Source of the DNA: Pseudomonadota bacterium
Lineage (GTDB): Bacteria > Pseudomonadota > Gammaproteobacteria > Burkholderiales > Usitatibacteraceae
Direction: 5' to 3'
DNA length: 64,000 bases
NCBI GenBank assembly: GCA_029781595.1
Contig: JAKOWJ010000280.1
Span: forward strand, 7,042-71,041
Under the pieces are notes generated by a model. It saw nothing but the letters and a program-made list of their open reading frames with translations, ran no database searches and was not told where the DNA came from. Made by a program: the position numbers and the translations under genes. Below are positions 37,734 through 49,567 of the stretch, one piece after another (the first letter of the stretch is position 1; every line of letters begins with the position of its first letter).

Positions 37734-38687
37734 CTAGCGCGGCACGATACGGCCCAGTCGGACGGCCGTGAGGCCGGTCTTGATGTTGTTGGGCACCGGC
37801 ATCACGAGCACGCAATTGTCGTAGGGAGCGCGAACGGCCTCGGGGCCATCCCAGGCGATGACGTCGCCCTGCCGCGGCACGACCTCCATGCCGGAGAAGT
37901 ACCGCGCGAACCGGAACTCCGGCGTGCGTGCGACCACCGCCTCCGTCACGCGCACGAGCCGCTGCGGCGGGGCGGCCTCCGTCGCGATCTCCCGGTCTGC
38001 CACGGCCGCGTCCACGGCGCCCACGCGCTTCAGGAAGCGCCACGTCGTCTGCCAGGCGACGTGCTCGGCGGCACGCTCCCAGTGCTGCCCGCACTCGACG
38101 AGCAGCGCGTTCTTGGGGCTCTGCGGATCGCCGAAGCCGCCGAAGTCGCGCATGCGGGTGCCGTTGGCGTGGCCCTCGTCGCTCACGACGTCCCGGGGAA
38201 TGGCCACGTCGAACGCGAAGTCGATTCCCTTCTCGAGCGGCCCGCAGATCATCACGGGGGGGCTCGGCTCGAGCATGGAGTGGATGTCCAGCAGGTAGTC
38301 CGCCGCCTCTACGAACGGGCGGATCGCGCGCGCGCGCCGCAGCTCCACGCTGTCGCGGGGCCCGTCCAGCGTCTGGGGCGTCCAGACCCGGTTGAAATCC
38401 TCGTCGACGAACCGGGAGGCGTACGGCCGCTCCGGATCGAAGCGCGAGAATGCCTCGATGTTGGCGAAGGAGAGGGTAAGCGTCCCGCGCGCGGGGCGAA
38501 CCCCTGCGCGCAGCAGCCGGTCCACGACGATGGCGCCGCAGATCTCGTTGCCGTGCGTGACGGCGTTGACCATCACGTGCGGTCCCGGTCGGCCGCTCTC
38601 GAAGGTGTGGACGAAGTCGACGCCGGTCCCGGAGCGGCGGTGGTCGTCGATGTTGGGGGCGGACAGCTCGATGGCGACTTTGCTCAT
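37734..38687 (-). CDS. Succinylglutamate desuccinylase / aspartoacylase (M14-like) family hydrolase
   Basis: HGNE, DFNR, LDIHS, ECG motifs. Confidence 0.85.
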   Translation of the reverse strand: MSKVAIELSAPNIDDHRRSGTGVDFVHTFESGRPGPHVMVNAVTHGNEICGAIVVDRLLRAGVRPARGTLTLSFANIEAFSRFDPERPYASRFVDEDFNRVWTPQTLDGPRDSVELRRARAIRPFVEAADYLLDIHSMLEPSPPVMICGPLEKGIDFAFDVAIPRDVVSDEGHANGTRMRDFGGFGDPQSPKNALLVECGQHWERAAEHVAWQTTWRFLKRVGAVDAAVADREIATEAAPPQRLVRVTEAVVARTPEFRFARYFSGMEVVPRQGDVIAWDGPEAVRAPYDNCVLVMPVPNNIKTGLTAVRLGRIVPR

Positions 38688-38699
38688 GGCGAGGCGGTG

Positions 38700-39682
38700 T
38701 CAGTCGTGGTGATGGTCGTGGTCGTGGTCGTGCGCGTGGCCTTGGCCGTGGGCATGTTCGTGACCGTGCGCGTGGCCGTGGCCGTGATGATGGTCGTGGC
38801 CGCAGGCGGCATGGTCGTGGTCTGCCGCGCAGCGGTGGGAGCCACGCTCGGCGGCGAATTCGCAGACCGCCTTCACGAGGCGCTCGATGTCCCGGGCGAG
38901 ACGCGCGAATCCCGGCGTCTTTCGGCCGGTCGGCTCGTCCAGGTAGAGCCGGCGATTCACCTCGATCTGCAGGCTGTGCCGTCCGGCCGCCGGGTCGGAG
39001 AAGGCGCGGACGAGTTCGACGCCCTTGTAGGGGTCGTTCACCTTCACGTCGTATCCCATCGCGCGCAGCCGTTCGGCCACGAAGGCCGTGAAGGCGGGCT
39101 CGCAGGTCGTGCCATCGCGGTCTCCCAGCACGAAATCCGCCCTTGGCCGGCCCGGCCCCTCCTCGGAGATGACGCTGCTCACGGCCGGCATCGAGTGGCA
39201 GTTGATGTGCCACACCGCGCCGAAGTGCGCGTGCGTCGCGTCCAGGGCCTCCTTCACCGCCTTCTGGTAGGGCTGGTGGAAGTCCACGATGCGCCGGCGC
39301 ACCTCCTCCACGGTGAGCTTGCGGTCGTAGATGGGGGCGCCGGTGTCCAGCACGCGCCAGATGAGGCCGATGCCCAGCTCGGTCTTTCGGCTCGCGACCG
39401 CGGGCCCGGGCCAGGGCGCGTCCAGGAGGGAGGTGTCCACGTCCAGCATCGAGCGGTTGGGATCGATGTACGAGCGGGGAAACCGTGCCGCGAGGAGGGT
39501 CGCGCCGAATCTCGGTCCGCTCGAATAGAGCTCGTCGACGAACGCATCCTCGGCCTGGCGAAGTGCCGACATGGGCACGGCCGGGCGGAAGTCGTCGGGA
39601 TACTCGGTGCCGCTGTGCGGCGAGTCGAGGACCACGGGAACGCGCGCGCCCTCGGGCGGCGCCAGGCGGAAGGCGGAGTGGG

Positions 39683-39686
<4 letters not shown>
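38700..39686 (-). CDS. N-formylglutamate amidohydrolase family protein with His-rich C-terminal tail
   Basis: DSPHSG, EDAFVD, IDPNR, CHSM, NDPYKG, LQIEVNRRLY. Confidence 0.88.
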
Positions 39687-40692
<1,006 letters not shown>

Positions 40693-40696
<4 letters not shown>

Positions 40697-41661
40697 GCGG
40701 CCGGGTGGTAGCAGCGCAGCCGGCGGCCCGGCTGCGGCTCGGTGATCGCGGGGCTTTCGCGGCACGCGCCATTGGCGCTGTCGCACCGTTCGCGGAAGGG
40801 GCAGCCGGGACCCAGCGAGAGCAGCGATGGGGTCATGCCGGGGATCTGGTGCAGTGGCCGGCCGCGCTCGTTGCGGCTCGGCACGGAATCGATGAGGCCG
40901 CGGCTGTACGGGTGCAGCGGGCGCTCCAGCACGTCGGCCACCGGCCCCGACTCGACCAGGCGGCCGGCGTACATGACGCAGACCTCGTCGGCCAGGCCCG
41001 CGATCACGGACAGGTCGTGCGTGATCCAGACGAGAGCGGTGCCGCTCTCCCGGCACAGCTTCTGCATCTCGAAGAGGATCTGGCCCTGGATCGTCACGTC
41101 CAGCGCCGTCGTGGGCTCGTCGGCGATGATGAGGTCGGGGCCGTTCACGAGGGCGATGGCGATGGCCACGCGCTGGCGCATGCCGCCCGAGAACTGGTGG
41201 GGATAGGCGCGCAGCCGCTCGTCCGGGGAGGCGATGCCCACCCGGACGAGCGCCTCGCGCGCGCGCGCCAGGGCGCTCTCGCGCGAGACGTCCGCGTGGG
41301 CGAGGACGGCCTCCACGATCTGCGTGTCGATCCGCAGCACCGGGTTGAGCGTCATCATCGGGTCCTGGAAGATCATTGCGATCCGGTTGCCGCGGATGGC
41401 GCGCCAGCCGGCGGGATCGAGCCGCGTGAGGTCGGTGCCGTCGAAGACGATTCGCCCCTCGACGATGCGGCCCGGCGGATCCACCAGGCCGAGGATCGAG
41501 TACCCGGTCATGGACTTGCCCGAACCCGATTCGCCGACGAGTCCCAGGATCTGCCCGCGGTCCACGCGGAAGCTCACGTCGTCCACGGCCTTCACCACGC
41601 CCGCCTTCGTGAAGAAGTGCATGCGCAGCCCGTCGACCTCGAGCAGCGGCGCGGCGCTCAA
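40693..41661 (-). CDS. Peptide ABC transporter ATP-binding protein (OppD/DppD-like; TTG start)
   Basis: GESGSGKS, FSGGMRQR, DEPTTALDV. Confidence 0.92.
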
Positions 41662-42587
41662 CGGCGCAGCCTCGGGTTCAGCACGTCGCGAAGCTGGTCG
41701 GCCACGAGGTTGATCGACATGATCGTGAGCAGCAGCGCGATGCCCGGGTAGAAGCTGATCCAGTACTTGCCCGACAGCAGGTACTGGAAGCCGTTGGAGA
41801 TGAGCAGGCCCAGCGAAGGCTCGGTGATGGGCAGGCCCAGGCCGAGGAAGGAGAGGGTCGCCTCCAGCGCGATCGCGTGCGCGACCTGGACGGTGGCCAC
41901 GACGATGAGCGGGGGCAGGCAGTTGGGCAGCAGGTGCCGGAAGACGATGCGCGCCCGGCCGAGCGCCAGCACGCGGGCGGCCTCGACGTATTCCTTCTGG
42001 CGCTCCACCAGCGCGGCCGAGCGCACGGTGCGTGCGTAGTAGGCCCACTGGACCGTCACCAGCGCGACGACGATCTTGCCCACGCCCTGGCCGAGAACCG
42101 CGAGCAGCACCAGCGCGATGAGGATGGCCGGAAAGGACAGCTGGATGTCCACCACGCGCATGACCAGCGTGTCCGTCCACCCGCCGAAGTAGGCGGCGAG
42201 CAGCCCGAAGAAGAGCCCGATCGCCAGGGCGAACACCGTGCTGGTGATGCCCACGCCCAGGGAGATGCGAAGCCCGTAGAGGATCCCCGAGAGCATGTCG
42301 CGCCCCTGGTCGTCCGTGCCCAGCCAGTAGGTCTTGCCGGTCGCGGATTCCTCGCCGGGGGCGAGCTTGGAGTCCATCACGTCGAGCTGCGCCAGGTCGT
42401 ACGGGTTCTGCGGCGAAATGACCGGCGCGAGCAGCCCCAGGACCACGATCGCGGCCAGCAGGGCGAGGCCGACCATCGCGAGTCGGCTCTCCGCGAACTC
42501 CGCGCGGAACCGCGCCCAGGGGCCGATGGCGGCCGCGCCCCCGGTCGCCGCGGCGGCCGCTGTGCCGGTGCCTTCCGCGTCCGCCAT
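41658..42587 (-). CDS. Peptide ABC transporter permease (OppC/DppC-like)
   Basis: LGTDDQGRD, EYVEAAR (EAA motif), LSFLGLG. Confidence 0.92.
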   Translation of the reverse strand: MADAEGTGTAAAAATGGAAAIGPWARFRAEFAESRLAMVGLALLAAIVVLGLLAPVISPQNPYDLAQLDVMDSKLAPGEESATGKTYWLGTDDQGRDMLSGILYGLRISLGVGITSTVFALAIGLFFGLLAAYFGGWTDTLVMRVVDIQLSFPAILIALVLLAVLGQGVGKIVVALVTVQWAYYARTVRSAALVERQKEYVEAARVLALGRARIVFRHLLPNCLPPLIVVATVQVAHAIALEATLSFLGLGLPITEPSLGLLISNGFQYLLSGKYWISFYPGIALLLTIMSINLVADQLRDVLNPRLRR

Positions 42588-42589
42588 CG

Positions 42590-43573
42590 CTAGTGGGCCG
42601 CCGACGCGCCGCCCAGCCGGACCCGCGGGTCGAGCAGGGAATACAGGACGTCGACGACGAAATTGATGACGATGAAGAGCGTCACGATCACCAGCAGGTA
42701 GGCGACGATCACGGGCCGGTCGAGCTGGTTGATGGAATCGATGAGGAGCTTGCCGGTGCCGGGCCAGGCGAAGATGGACTCCGTCACGATCGCGAACGCG
42801 ATGACCGACCCGAGCTCCAGGCCGATCACCGTGACGATCGGGATGAGGATGTTCTTCAGCACGTGGACCCCGATCACGCGGGACTGCGTGAGCCCCTTGG
42901 CGCGGGCGAACTTCACGTAGTCCTGCAGCACGGCCTCGCGGGCGCCGGCGCGGGTGAGGCGGACCAGCAGCGAGAGCTTGAACAGCGCGAGGTTGAATGC
43001 CGGCATCGCCAGGTGCGCGAGCCCGTCGGCGGTGAGGAAGCTCACCGGGATTCCGGCCACCAGGACCGTCGCGCCGCGCCCGTTGGACGGAAGCCACCCC
43101 AGGTGCACCGAGAAGATCATCACGAGCACCAGGCCCACCCAGAAGGTGGGCAGGCTGAAGCCCAGGATGGAGCCGGCCATGATCGTGCGGCCGATGAAGG
43201 AGTCGGGCTTCAGGCCGGCGACGAGCCCCAGCGGGATGCCGATCGCGATGGCGATGACCATCGCCACGAAGGCGAGCTCCATGGTCGCGGGGAGCTTGCT
43301 GAGGATGAGGCTGAGCGCGGGCACGTTGAAGACGAACGACTTGCCGAGGTCGCCGCTCGCGGCGCCCTGCAGGAAGGACCAGTACTGCTCGAGCAGGGGC
43401 CGGTCGAGGCCCAGCGCCGCCGCGGCGCGCAGGCGCTCCGCCTCGTCGGCCATGGGGTTGACCAGGAGCTCGACCGGGTCGCCGATGGCGTAGACCCCGA
43501 TGAAGACGAGGGCCGACATCAGCAGGAGCACGAACAGGCTCTGCCCTAGGCGGCGGATGGCGTATGCGAGCAT
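42590..43573 (-). CDS. Peptide ABC transporter permease (OppB/DppB-like)
   Basis: GDLGKS, DYVKFARAKGL, ESIFAWPG, LDPRVR. Confidence 0.92.
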   Translation of the reverse strand: MLAYAIRRLGQSLFVLLLMSALVFIGVYAIGDPVELLVNPMADEAERLRAAAALGLDRPLLEQYWSFLQGAASGDLGKSFVFNVPALSLILSKLPATMELAFVAMVIAIAIGIPLGLVAGLKPDSFIGRTIMAGSILGFSLPTFWVGLVLVMIFSVHLGWLPSNGRGATVLVAGIPVSFLTADGLAHLAMPAFNLALFKLSLLVRLTRAGAREAVLQDYVKFARAKGLTQSRVIGVHVLKNILIPIVTVIGLELGSVIAFAIVTESIFAWPGTGKLLIDSINQLDRPVIVAYLLVIVTLFIVINFVVDVLYSLLDPRVRLGGASAAH

Positions 43574-43640
43574 CGGCGGGAAGGGGCGGCGGGGGCCGCC
43601 CGCCGGGCCCCGCGCGCGGCGGGACCCGGGCGCGCATGGT

Positions 43641-45230
43641 CTACTTGGCGGGCTTCAGGCCCATCGCGAGCGTGTACTGGTCGGTGCGGGGGGTGTAGCG
43701 CAGGCCCTTCGCCGTCGCCCAGGTGCTCACCTCGTAGTGGATCGGGATGAGCGCCGTGTCGCCCATCGCGATCTCGGCGGCTTTCTGGATCAGCCCCTCG
43801 CGCTTCTTGTCGTCGATGGTCGCCATCGCCTCGTTGATGAGGGCGTCGAGCTGCGGATTCGAGTAGCGGGCCCGGTTCGTGACGCCCATGCCCTTCGAGG
43901 GATCGTAGGTCGCCAGGAGCGAGCGCAGGCTCGAGCCCTGCTCGCCCGACTCCGTCCCCCAGCCCAGGAGCATGTACCCGAACTCCCCCTTCGTCGCGCG
44001 CGAGAAATAGACGCTGGCGGGCATGGTCTCGACCTTCGTGTCGATGCCGATGCGCGTGTAGAACTGGGCGATCGCCTGGGCGATCTTGTCGTCGTTGATG
44101 TAGCGGTTGTTGGTGCCGTGGATCGTCAGCGAGAAGCCGTTGGGGTAGCCGGCCTCCGCGAGGAGCTTCTTGGCGCCCTCCGGATCGTACTTGGGCGGCT
44201 TGAGCTTCTTGCTCGTGCCGAAGAAGAAGTCCGGCAGCAGCTGGCCCGCGGGCACGGAGCGCTTCTCCATGATGCGATCCGAGATCGCCTGGCGGTTGAT
44301 CGCGATGGACAGCGCCTTGCGCACCCGGGCGTCCTTGAACGGGTTGTGGGCGAGGGGCTTGCCGTCCTTGCCGGTGACGAAGGGCGGGGGCGTGTCGGTG
44401 CGCTGGTTCAGGTGCACGTAGATCACCCGGTTGGAGACCTTGTCGACCAGCGAGTACTTCTTGTCGGCCGAGAGCTTGGCGATGTCGGCGGTGGGGACGG
44501 TCTCGATCATCTGCACGTCGCCGGAGAGCAGGGCGGCCACGCGCGCGGCGGCGTTCGTGAGGATCTTGAAGGTGACCTTGTCCCAGGGCTCCTCGCCGCC
44601 CCAGTAGCCGTAGTTGGCCTTGAGCACGACGCGCTGGTTGGGCACGTACTCGACGAGCTTGTAGGGGCCCGTGCCGATGGCGGCCTTGCCGGAGTTGTAG
44701 TCCTCGGTCGTGGCCTTCTCGCCGTGCAGTCGGGAGACGATCATCACCGAAGCGAGGTCGCTCGGCAGCAGCACGTGCGGGGCGGCGGTCTTGAAGATGA
44801 TGGTGTGCGGGTCCACCACCTTGGTCGAGACGATCGGCTTGGTGAACGTGGCGAACGAGGAGGGGCTCTTGGGCACGTTGGGCACGCGCGAGAGGGTGAA
44901 CACCACGTCGTCGGCCGTGAACGGCGTGCCGTCGTGCCACTTCACGTTCTTGCGCAGCTTGAACTCCCAGGTCAGGTCGTCCAGGGCCTTCCAGGACACC
45001 GCGAGTCCCGGCACGAGTTTCTGGTTCGCGTCGCGCTTGATGAGGGGCTCGAAGACGTGCAGCATCATCGAGTTGTTGGGCGACAGGTTGTGGTAATGCG
45101 GGTCCATCGAGGTGATGGCGGCCTGAAGGCCGATGGTCACCTCGCGCTCCGCGGCGGCGGCGGTGCCGGCGGCGAACGGAAGGCCGAGGATGGCGAGCGC
45201 GGCGAGCGCGAGTCGCAGGAAACGCGGCAT
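43641..45230 (-). CDS. Peptide ABC transporter substrate-binding protein (family 5)
   Basis: Signal peptide, MDPH, FKLRKNVKWHDG, IGTGPYKL, YDPEGAKKLLAEAG. Confidence 0.93.
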   Translation of the reverse strand: MPRFLRLALAALAILGLPFAAGTAAAAEREVTIGLQAAITSMDPHYHNLSPNNSMMLHVFEPLIKRDANQKLVPGLAVSWKALDDLTWEFKLRKNVKWHDGTPFTADDVVFTLSRVPNVPKSPSSFATFTKPIVSTKVVDPHTIIFKTAAPHVLLPSDLASVMIVSRLHGEKATTEDYNSGKAAIGTGPYKLVEYVPNQRVVLKANYGYWGGEEPWDKVTFKILTNAAARVAALLSGDVQMIETVPTADIAKLSADKKYSLVDKVSNRVIYVHLNQRTDTPPPFVTGKDGKPLAHNPFKDARVRKALSIAINRQAISDRIMEKRSVPAGQLLPDFFFGTSKKLKPPKYDPEGAKKLLAEAGYPNGFSLTIHGTNNRYINDDKIAQAIAQFYTRIGIDTKVETMPASVYFSRATKGEFGYMLLGWGTESGEQGSSLRSLLATYDPSKGMGVTNRARYSNPQLDALINEAMATIDDKKREGLIQKAAEIAMGDTALIPIHYEVSTWATAKGLRYTPRTDQYTLAMGLKPAK

Positions 45231-45338
45231 GGCGGGTACTCCTCTTCTAGTGCGGCGGAAACCGAGGGGGTGGAACGGGATGTGCGTCGGGGTCGATGAT
45301 ACCGTCAATCTGCGGGGGCCGCCGCGCGGCAGGCGGAG

Positions 45339-45668
45339 ATGACGCAGGCCATGGTCGGGCGCCTCGAGGGTCTCCTGGCGTCGGGAAAGGACGGGCCGCT
45401 CCTGCGGTTCGGGCTGGGGTCCGAGTATCTCCGGGCCGGCCTCCCGGCGCAGGCCGTGCCGCACCTGCGCGAGGCGGTGAGACTCGACCCGGGCTATTCC
45501 GCGGCCTGGAAGCTGCTGGGCCGCGCGCTGGAGAACGAAGACCCGGACGGGGCCGGGGAGGCCTACCGGAAGGGCATCGCCGCGGCCCAGGCGAAGGGCG
45601 ACAAGCAGGCCGGGCGGGAGATGGCCGTGTTCCTGCGCCGCCTGGAACGCGGCGCCGCGCCCCGCTAG
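45339..45668 (+). CDS. Small tetratricopeptide-repeat protein
   Basis: LRFGLG...[22 protein letters not shown] pattern; GGAG RBS. Confidence 0.75.
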   Translation: MTQAMVGRLEGLLASGKDGPLLRFGLGSEYLRAGLPAQAVPHLREAVRLDPGYSAAWKLLGRALENEDPDGAGEAYRKGIAAAQAKGDKQAGREMAVFLRRLERGAAPR

Positions 45669-46744
45669 GACGCGAGGAAAGACTCCAGTGCCGCGAGGGG
45701 CGCGCCTTTCTCGATGGCACCGCGGCCGAGCCCGTCAAGGAGGATGAGGGTGATGCGCCCCGACTCGTTCTTCTTGTCGCGGCCCATCGCCTCCAGCCAG
45801 GCTTCCACGGCCAGGGCCGGCGGGCGGACGGGCAGGCCCGCGCGCTCGAGGAGGCGCTGCAGGCGGTCGGCATCCGCCCCGGGCAGGCGGCCCAGGCGGG
45901 CGGAGAAGCGCGCCGCCATCACCATGCCGGCGGCGACGGCCTCGCCGTGCAGCCACGTCCCGTAGCCTTCCAGCGTCTCGATCGCGTGGCCGAAGGTGTG
46001 CCCGAGGTTGAGCAACGCCCGCGGGCCGGCCTCGCGCTCGTCGAGGGCGACGATCTCGGCCTTGAGCTCGCACGAGCGGCCGATCGCGTACGCGAGGGCG
46101 GCGTCGTCCCGCGCCCGGAGAGCGTCGATGTTCGCCTCCAGCCATCCCAGGAACGCGAGGTCGCGGATGGCCCCGTACTTGATCACCTCCGCGAGCCCGG
46201 CGGCGAGTTCGCGGTCGGGCAGCGTCGCGAGCGTGCCGGTGTCCGCGATGACGGCCAGCGGCTGGTGGAACGCGCCGATCATGTTCTTGCCCAGCGCGTG
46301 GTTCACCGCCGTCTTGCCTCCGACGGACGAGTCCACCTGCGCGAGAAGCGTGGTCGGGACCTGCACGAAGGGCACGCCTCGCTGGTAGGTGGCCGCCGCG
46401 AAGCCCGCGAGGTCGCCCACCACGCCTCCGCCCAGCGCGACGAGCACCGTCTTGCGGTCCGCGCCCCTGCGAAGGAGCTCCCCGAACACCGCGTCCAGCG
46501 TCTCCCACCGCTTCGCCGCCTCGCCGTCCGGGATCACGATCCGGAAATGGCGCACGCCGCAGGCCGAGAGCGTGCGCTCGAGCGCCTCCGCGTACAGGGG
46601 CGCGACCACGTCGTTGGTGACCACCGCGGCTCTGCCCGACGCGAAGTGGGGCCGGAACAGGTCGGCCCGCGCCAGCAGGCCCCCGCCGATGTGGATCGGG
46701 TAGCTGCGCTCGCCGAGGCCGACCTCGAGGGTGCGCGGGCTCAT
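45665..46744 (-). CDS. aroB: 3-dehydroquinate synthase
   Basis: [36 protein letters not shown]. Confidence 0.97.
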   Translation of the reverse strand: MSPRTLEVGLGERSYPIHIGGGLLARADLFRPHFASGRAAVVTNDVVAPLYAEALERTLSACGVRHFRIVIPDGEAAKRWETLDAVFGELLRRGADRKTVLVALGGGVVGDLAGFAAATYQRGVPFVQVPTTLLAQVDSSVGGKTAVNHALGKNMIGAFHQPLAVIADTGTLATLPDRELAAGLAEVIKYGAIRDLAFLGWLEANIDALRARDDAALAYAIGRSCELKAEIVALDEREAGPRALLNLGHTFGHAIETLEGYGTWLHGEAVAAGMVMAARFSARLGRLPGADADRLQRLLERAGLPVRPPALAVEAWLEAMGRDKKNESGRITLILLDGLGRGAIEKGAPLAALESFLAS

Positions 46745-47283
46745 GGGTCGGCGGAGGGGCATCCGCCCTCGCGGTCGGCCAGGACCTCGGCGATGCGGCC
46801 CGCGAGGGAACCGGCGGAAGGGGCGCCGCTTTCCACGACGATGTGCGCGGTCTCCAGGTAGAGCGGGTCGCGCACGGCGAGCAGCTCGGCGAGCGTGGCG
46901 CGGCGGTCGCCCGTGGCGAGAAGCGGGCGCGAGGTGTCCCGGCGCGTGCGCTCGTGGAGCTGGTCCACGCCGGCGCGCAGGTACACCACGGTGCCGCTGT
47001 CCCGCATGATCCGGCGATTCTCCTCGGCCAGCACGGCGCCGCCGCCGGTGGCCACGACGGTGGACTCTCGCTTCGCGAGCTCGGCCAGGACGGCCGTCTC
47101 GCGGCGCCGGAATCCCGCCTCGCCCTCGATCTCGAAGATGGTGGCCACCGGAACGCCCGTGCGGGAGACGATCTCGCGGTCGCAGTCGACGAAGCTGCGG
47201 CCCAGGCGCCGGGCGAGCGCCTTTCCCACGGTGCTCTTGCCCGCGCCCATCATCCCCACCAGGAAAACGTTGCCCGCCGACAT
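46741..47283 (-). CDS. aroK: Shikimate kinase
   Basis: [25 protein letters not shown]. Confidence 0.96.
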   Translation of the reverse strand: MSAGNVFLVGMMGAGKSTVGKALARRLGRSFVDCDREIVSRTGVPVATIFEIEGEAGFRRRETAVLAELAKRESTVVATGGGAVLAEENRRIMRDSGTVVYLRAGVDQLHERTRRDTSRPLLATGDRRATLAELLAVRDPLYLETAHIVVESGAPSAGSLAGRIAEVLADREGGCPSADP

Positions 47284-47313
47284 GCGATCGCCCTCGCCCG
47301 AAGCATAGCGCAG

Positions 47314-47342
47314 AAACGAAAAGCCCCGGCGGCGCCGGGGCT
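47314..47342 (-). terminator. Terminator-like hairpin after pilQ
   Basis: AGCCCCGGC-loop-GCCGGGGCT followed by TTTCGTTT on the minus strand. Confidence 0.7.
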
Positions 47343-47362
47343 CTTCGCGAAGGGCCTGCCCG

Positions 47363-49567
47363 TCAGCGGACCGTGAGGGTGTCCTTCACGATCTTCGGCG
47401 TGACGAAGATCAGCAGCTCGGTCTTGTCGTCCTGCTTCACCGTGCGCTTGAAGAGGTTGCCGATCACCGGGACGTCGCCCAGCAGCGGCACCTTCTCGAC
47501 CGTGGTGCGCGTCGTCTGCTCGAAGATGCCGCCCAGCACGATCGTGTCGCCGTTGTCGCACAGGACCTGCGTGGTCACCTTCTTCGTGTCGATCGACGGG
47601 ATGTTCGCGAAGATCTGGCCCACGGAGTCCTTCTTCACCTCGAGGTCCATGATGATCCGGTCGTCCGGCGTGATGCGCGGGGTGACCGCGAGCTCCAGGA
47701 CCGCGGGCTTGAAGGCGATCGTCGTGGCGCCGCTCGCCGCGGCCGTCTGGTACGGGATCTCGGTGCCCTGCGAGATCACCGCCTTCTTCTTGTCGGCCGT
47801 GATGACGCGCGGGCTCGAGACCACCTTGCCGCGGTTGTCGGCCTCGAGTGCGGAGAGCTCGATGTTCACCAGGTTGCCGCTGCCCAGGTTCAGGATCGAC
47901 AGGGCCAGGGAGCCGGCGGCGCCGACCACGGGAAGGTTCACGTTGAGCTGCTCGGGCTGCGAGCCGGCCGGGATGTTGCCCTGCGGGCCGCGGTCGAAGG
48001 TCTGCGTGAAGCCCGGGCTAGTGAGGCTCGCGGAGCCGCGCGAGAGCGGGTTGTTCGACAGGGGCTGGACGGTGTCGACCAGGTTGCCGGACACGCCGTA
48101 GTTGCGGTTGCCGGAACTGAAGGCCGACTGCGTGCCGAAGCGCGCGCCCAGCTGGCGGCCCCACTTGTCGTCGGCGATGACGATGCGGGCCTCGATCATC
48201 ACCTGGCGCACCGGCACGTCGAGCTGCTGGATCAGGCGGCGGGCCTCCTCGAGGCGCGCGCCCGTGTCCTGCACGAACAGCGTGTTGGTGCGCTCGTCCA
48301 CCGTGGCGCTTCCGCGCTTGGACAGGATCTTCTGGTCCTTGTCCGACAGGAGCTTCTTGAGGTCGTCGGCCTTGGCGTAGGACAGGGCGAACGACTCGGT
48401 GCGAAGCGGCTCGAGGTCGGAGATCTGGGCGTTGGCTTCCAGGGCGAGCTTCTCCTTGGCGGCCAGCTCGTCCGTCGGCGCGATGAGCACCACGTTGCCG
48501 TTCTTGCGCTTGGACAGGCCCTTGGACTGCAGGATGATGTCCAGCGCCTGGTCCCACGGCACGTCCTTCAGGCGCAGCGTGAGGTTGCCGCCCACCGTGT
48601 CGCTCGTGATGATGTTCAGGCCCGTGAAGTCGGCGATCACCTGCAGCACGGCGCGGACCTCGACGTTCTGGAAGTTGAGCGACAGCTTCTCGCCCGCGTA
48701 GCCCGGCGTGGAGCTCTGCACGAGCTTGTTCGGGTCTTCCTTGACCGGCTTCACCTCGAGGATGAACTGGGTGTCGGTCTGGTACGCGGAGTATTCCCAG
48801 ATGCCCCGCGGTTCGATCACCATGCGCGCGTTGCCGCCCTGCTCGAAGGTGTCCACGAAGCGCACCGGCGTGCCGAAGTCGCCCACGTCGAGGCGGCGGA
48901 CGAGGTTGCGGGGCGCCGACGTGTTGATGAAGTCGACCAGGATGGAACGGCCCTGCTGGCGGATGTCGATGCCGATGTTGGCCGAGGACAGGTCCACGAT
49001 CACGCGGCCCTCGCCGGCGTTGCCGCGGCGGAAGTCGACGTCGCGGATGTTCTGGCGGACGGCGCCCGGGGCGGCCTCCGCGAAGACGGTGGAGACCGAG
49101 GCGCCGGTCGCGCCCGGAGCGGCGGCGGCGGAGGCGGGGACCTGCGAGCCGTCGATGGTGACCACCAGGAGCTTGCCGTCCAGCGCCGCGGTGTAGGTGA
49201 GGCTGCGCGCGAGGTTCATCACGAGGCGCGTGCGGTTGGCGGTCTGGACGACGGACACGCTCTTCAGGTCCCCTTCGCCGGCCTCGACCTGGGTCTTGCC
49301 CAGCGCGCTCGAGGTGTCGGGCAGGTCGATGGCGATCCGGGCGGGGTTGGTGACCGCGAAGCTCTGCGGCACGGCCGACAGGGCGTCCTTCATCCCCACC
49401 TTGACCAGGATCTTGCCGCCCTGGATGGAGGAGAAGGTGATCGACTCGACCACATTCTTGGCCGCGCCCTGTGCCCAGGCGAGCGGGGCGGCGAGCGCGA
49501 GCACGAGCGCCGTGAGGGCGGCCGGGAGCGCGCCGGAGGTTCGGATGCGGAAGAAGTTGGAGGTCAC
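47363..49567 (-). CDS. pilQ: Type IV pilus secretin
   Basis: AMIN domains, LSLNFQ, VPWDQALD, QVMIEARIV, ELLIFVTP. Confidence 0.96.
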   Translation of the reverse strand: MTSNFFRIRTSGALPAALTALVLALAAPLAWAQGAAKNVVESITFSSIQGGKILVKVGMKDALSAVPQSFAVTNPARIAIDLPDTSSALGKTQVEAGEGDLKSVSVVQTANRTRLVMNLARSLTYTAALDGKLLVVTIDGSQVPASAAAAPGATGASVSTVFAEAAPGAVRQNIRDVDFRRGNAGEGRVIVDLSSANIGIDIRQQGRSILVDFINTSAPRNLVRRLDVGDFGTPVRFVDTFEQGGNARMVIEPRGIWEYSAYQTDTQFILEVKPVKEDPNKLVQSSTPGYAGEKLSLNFQNVEVRAVLQVIADFTGLNIITSDTVGGNLTLRLKDVPWDQALDIILQSKGLSKRKNGNVVLIAPTDELAAKEKLALEANAQISDLEPLRTESFALSYAKADDLKKLLSDKDQKILSKRGSATVDERTNTLFVQDTGARLEEARRLIQQLDVPVRQVMIEARIVIADDKWGRQLGARFGTQSAFSSGNRNYGVSGNLVDTVQPLSNNPLSRGSASLTSPGFTQTFDRGPQGNIPAGSQPEQLNVNLPVVGAAGSLALSILNLGSGNLVNIELSALEADNRGKVVSSPRVITADKKKAVISQGTEIPYQTAAASGATTIAFKPAVLELAVTPRITPDDRIIMDLEVKKDSVGQIFANIPSIDTKKVTTQVLCDNGDTIVLGGIFEQTTRTTVEKVPLLGDVPVIGNLFKRTVKQDDKTELLIFVTPKIVKDTLTVR

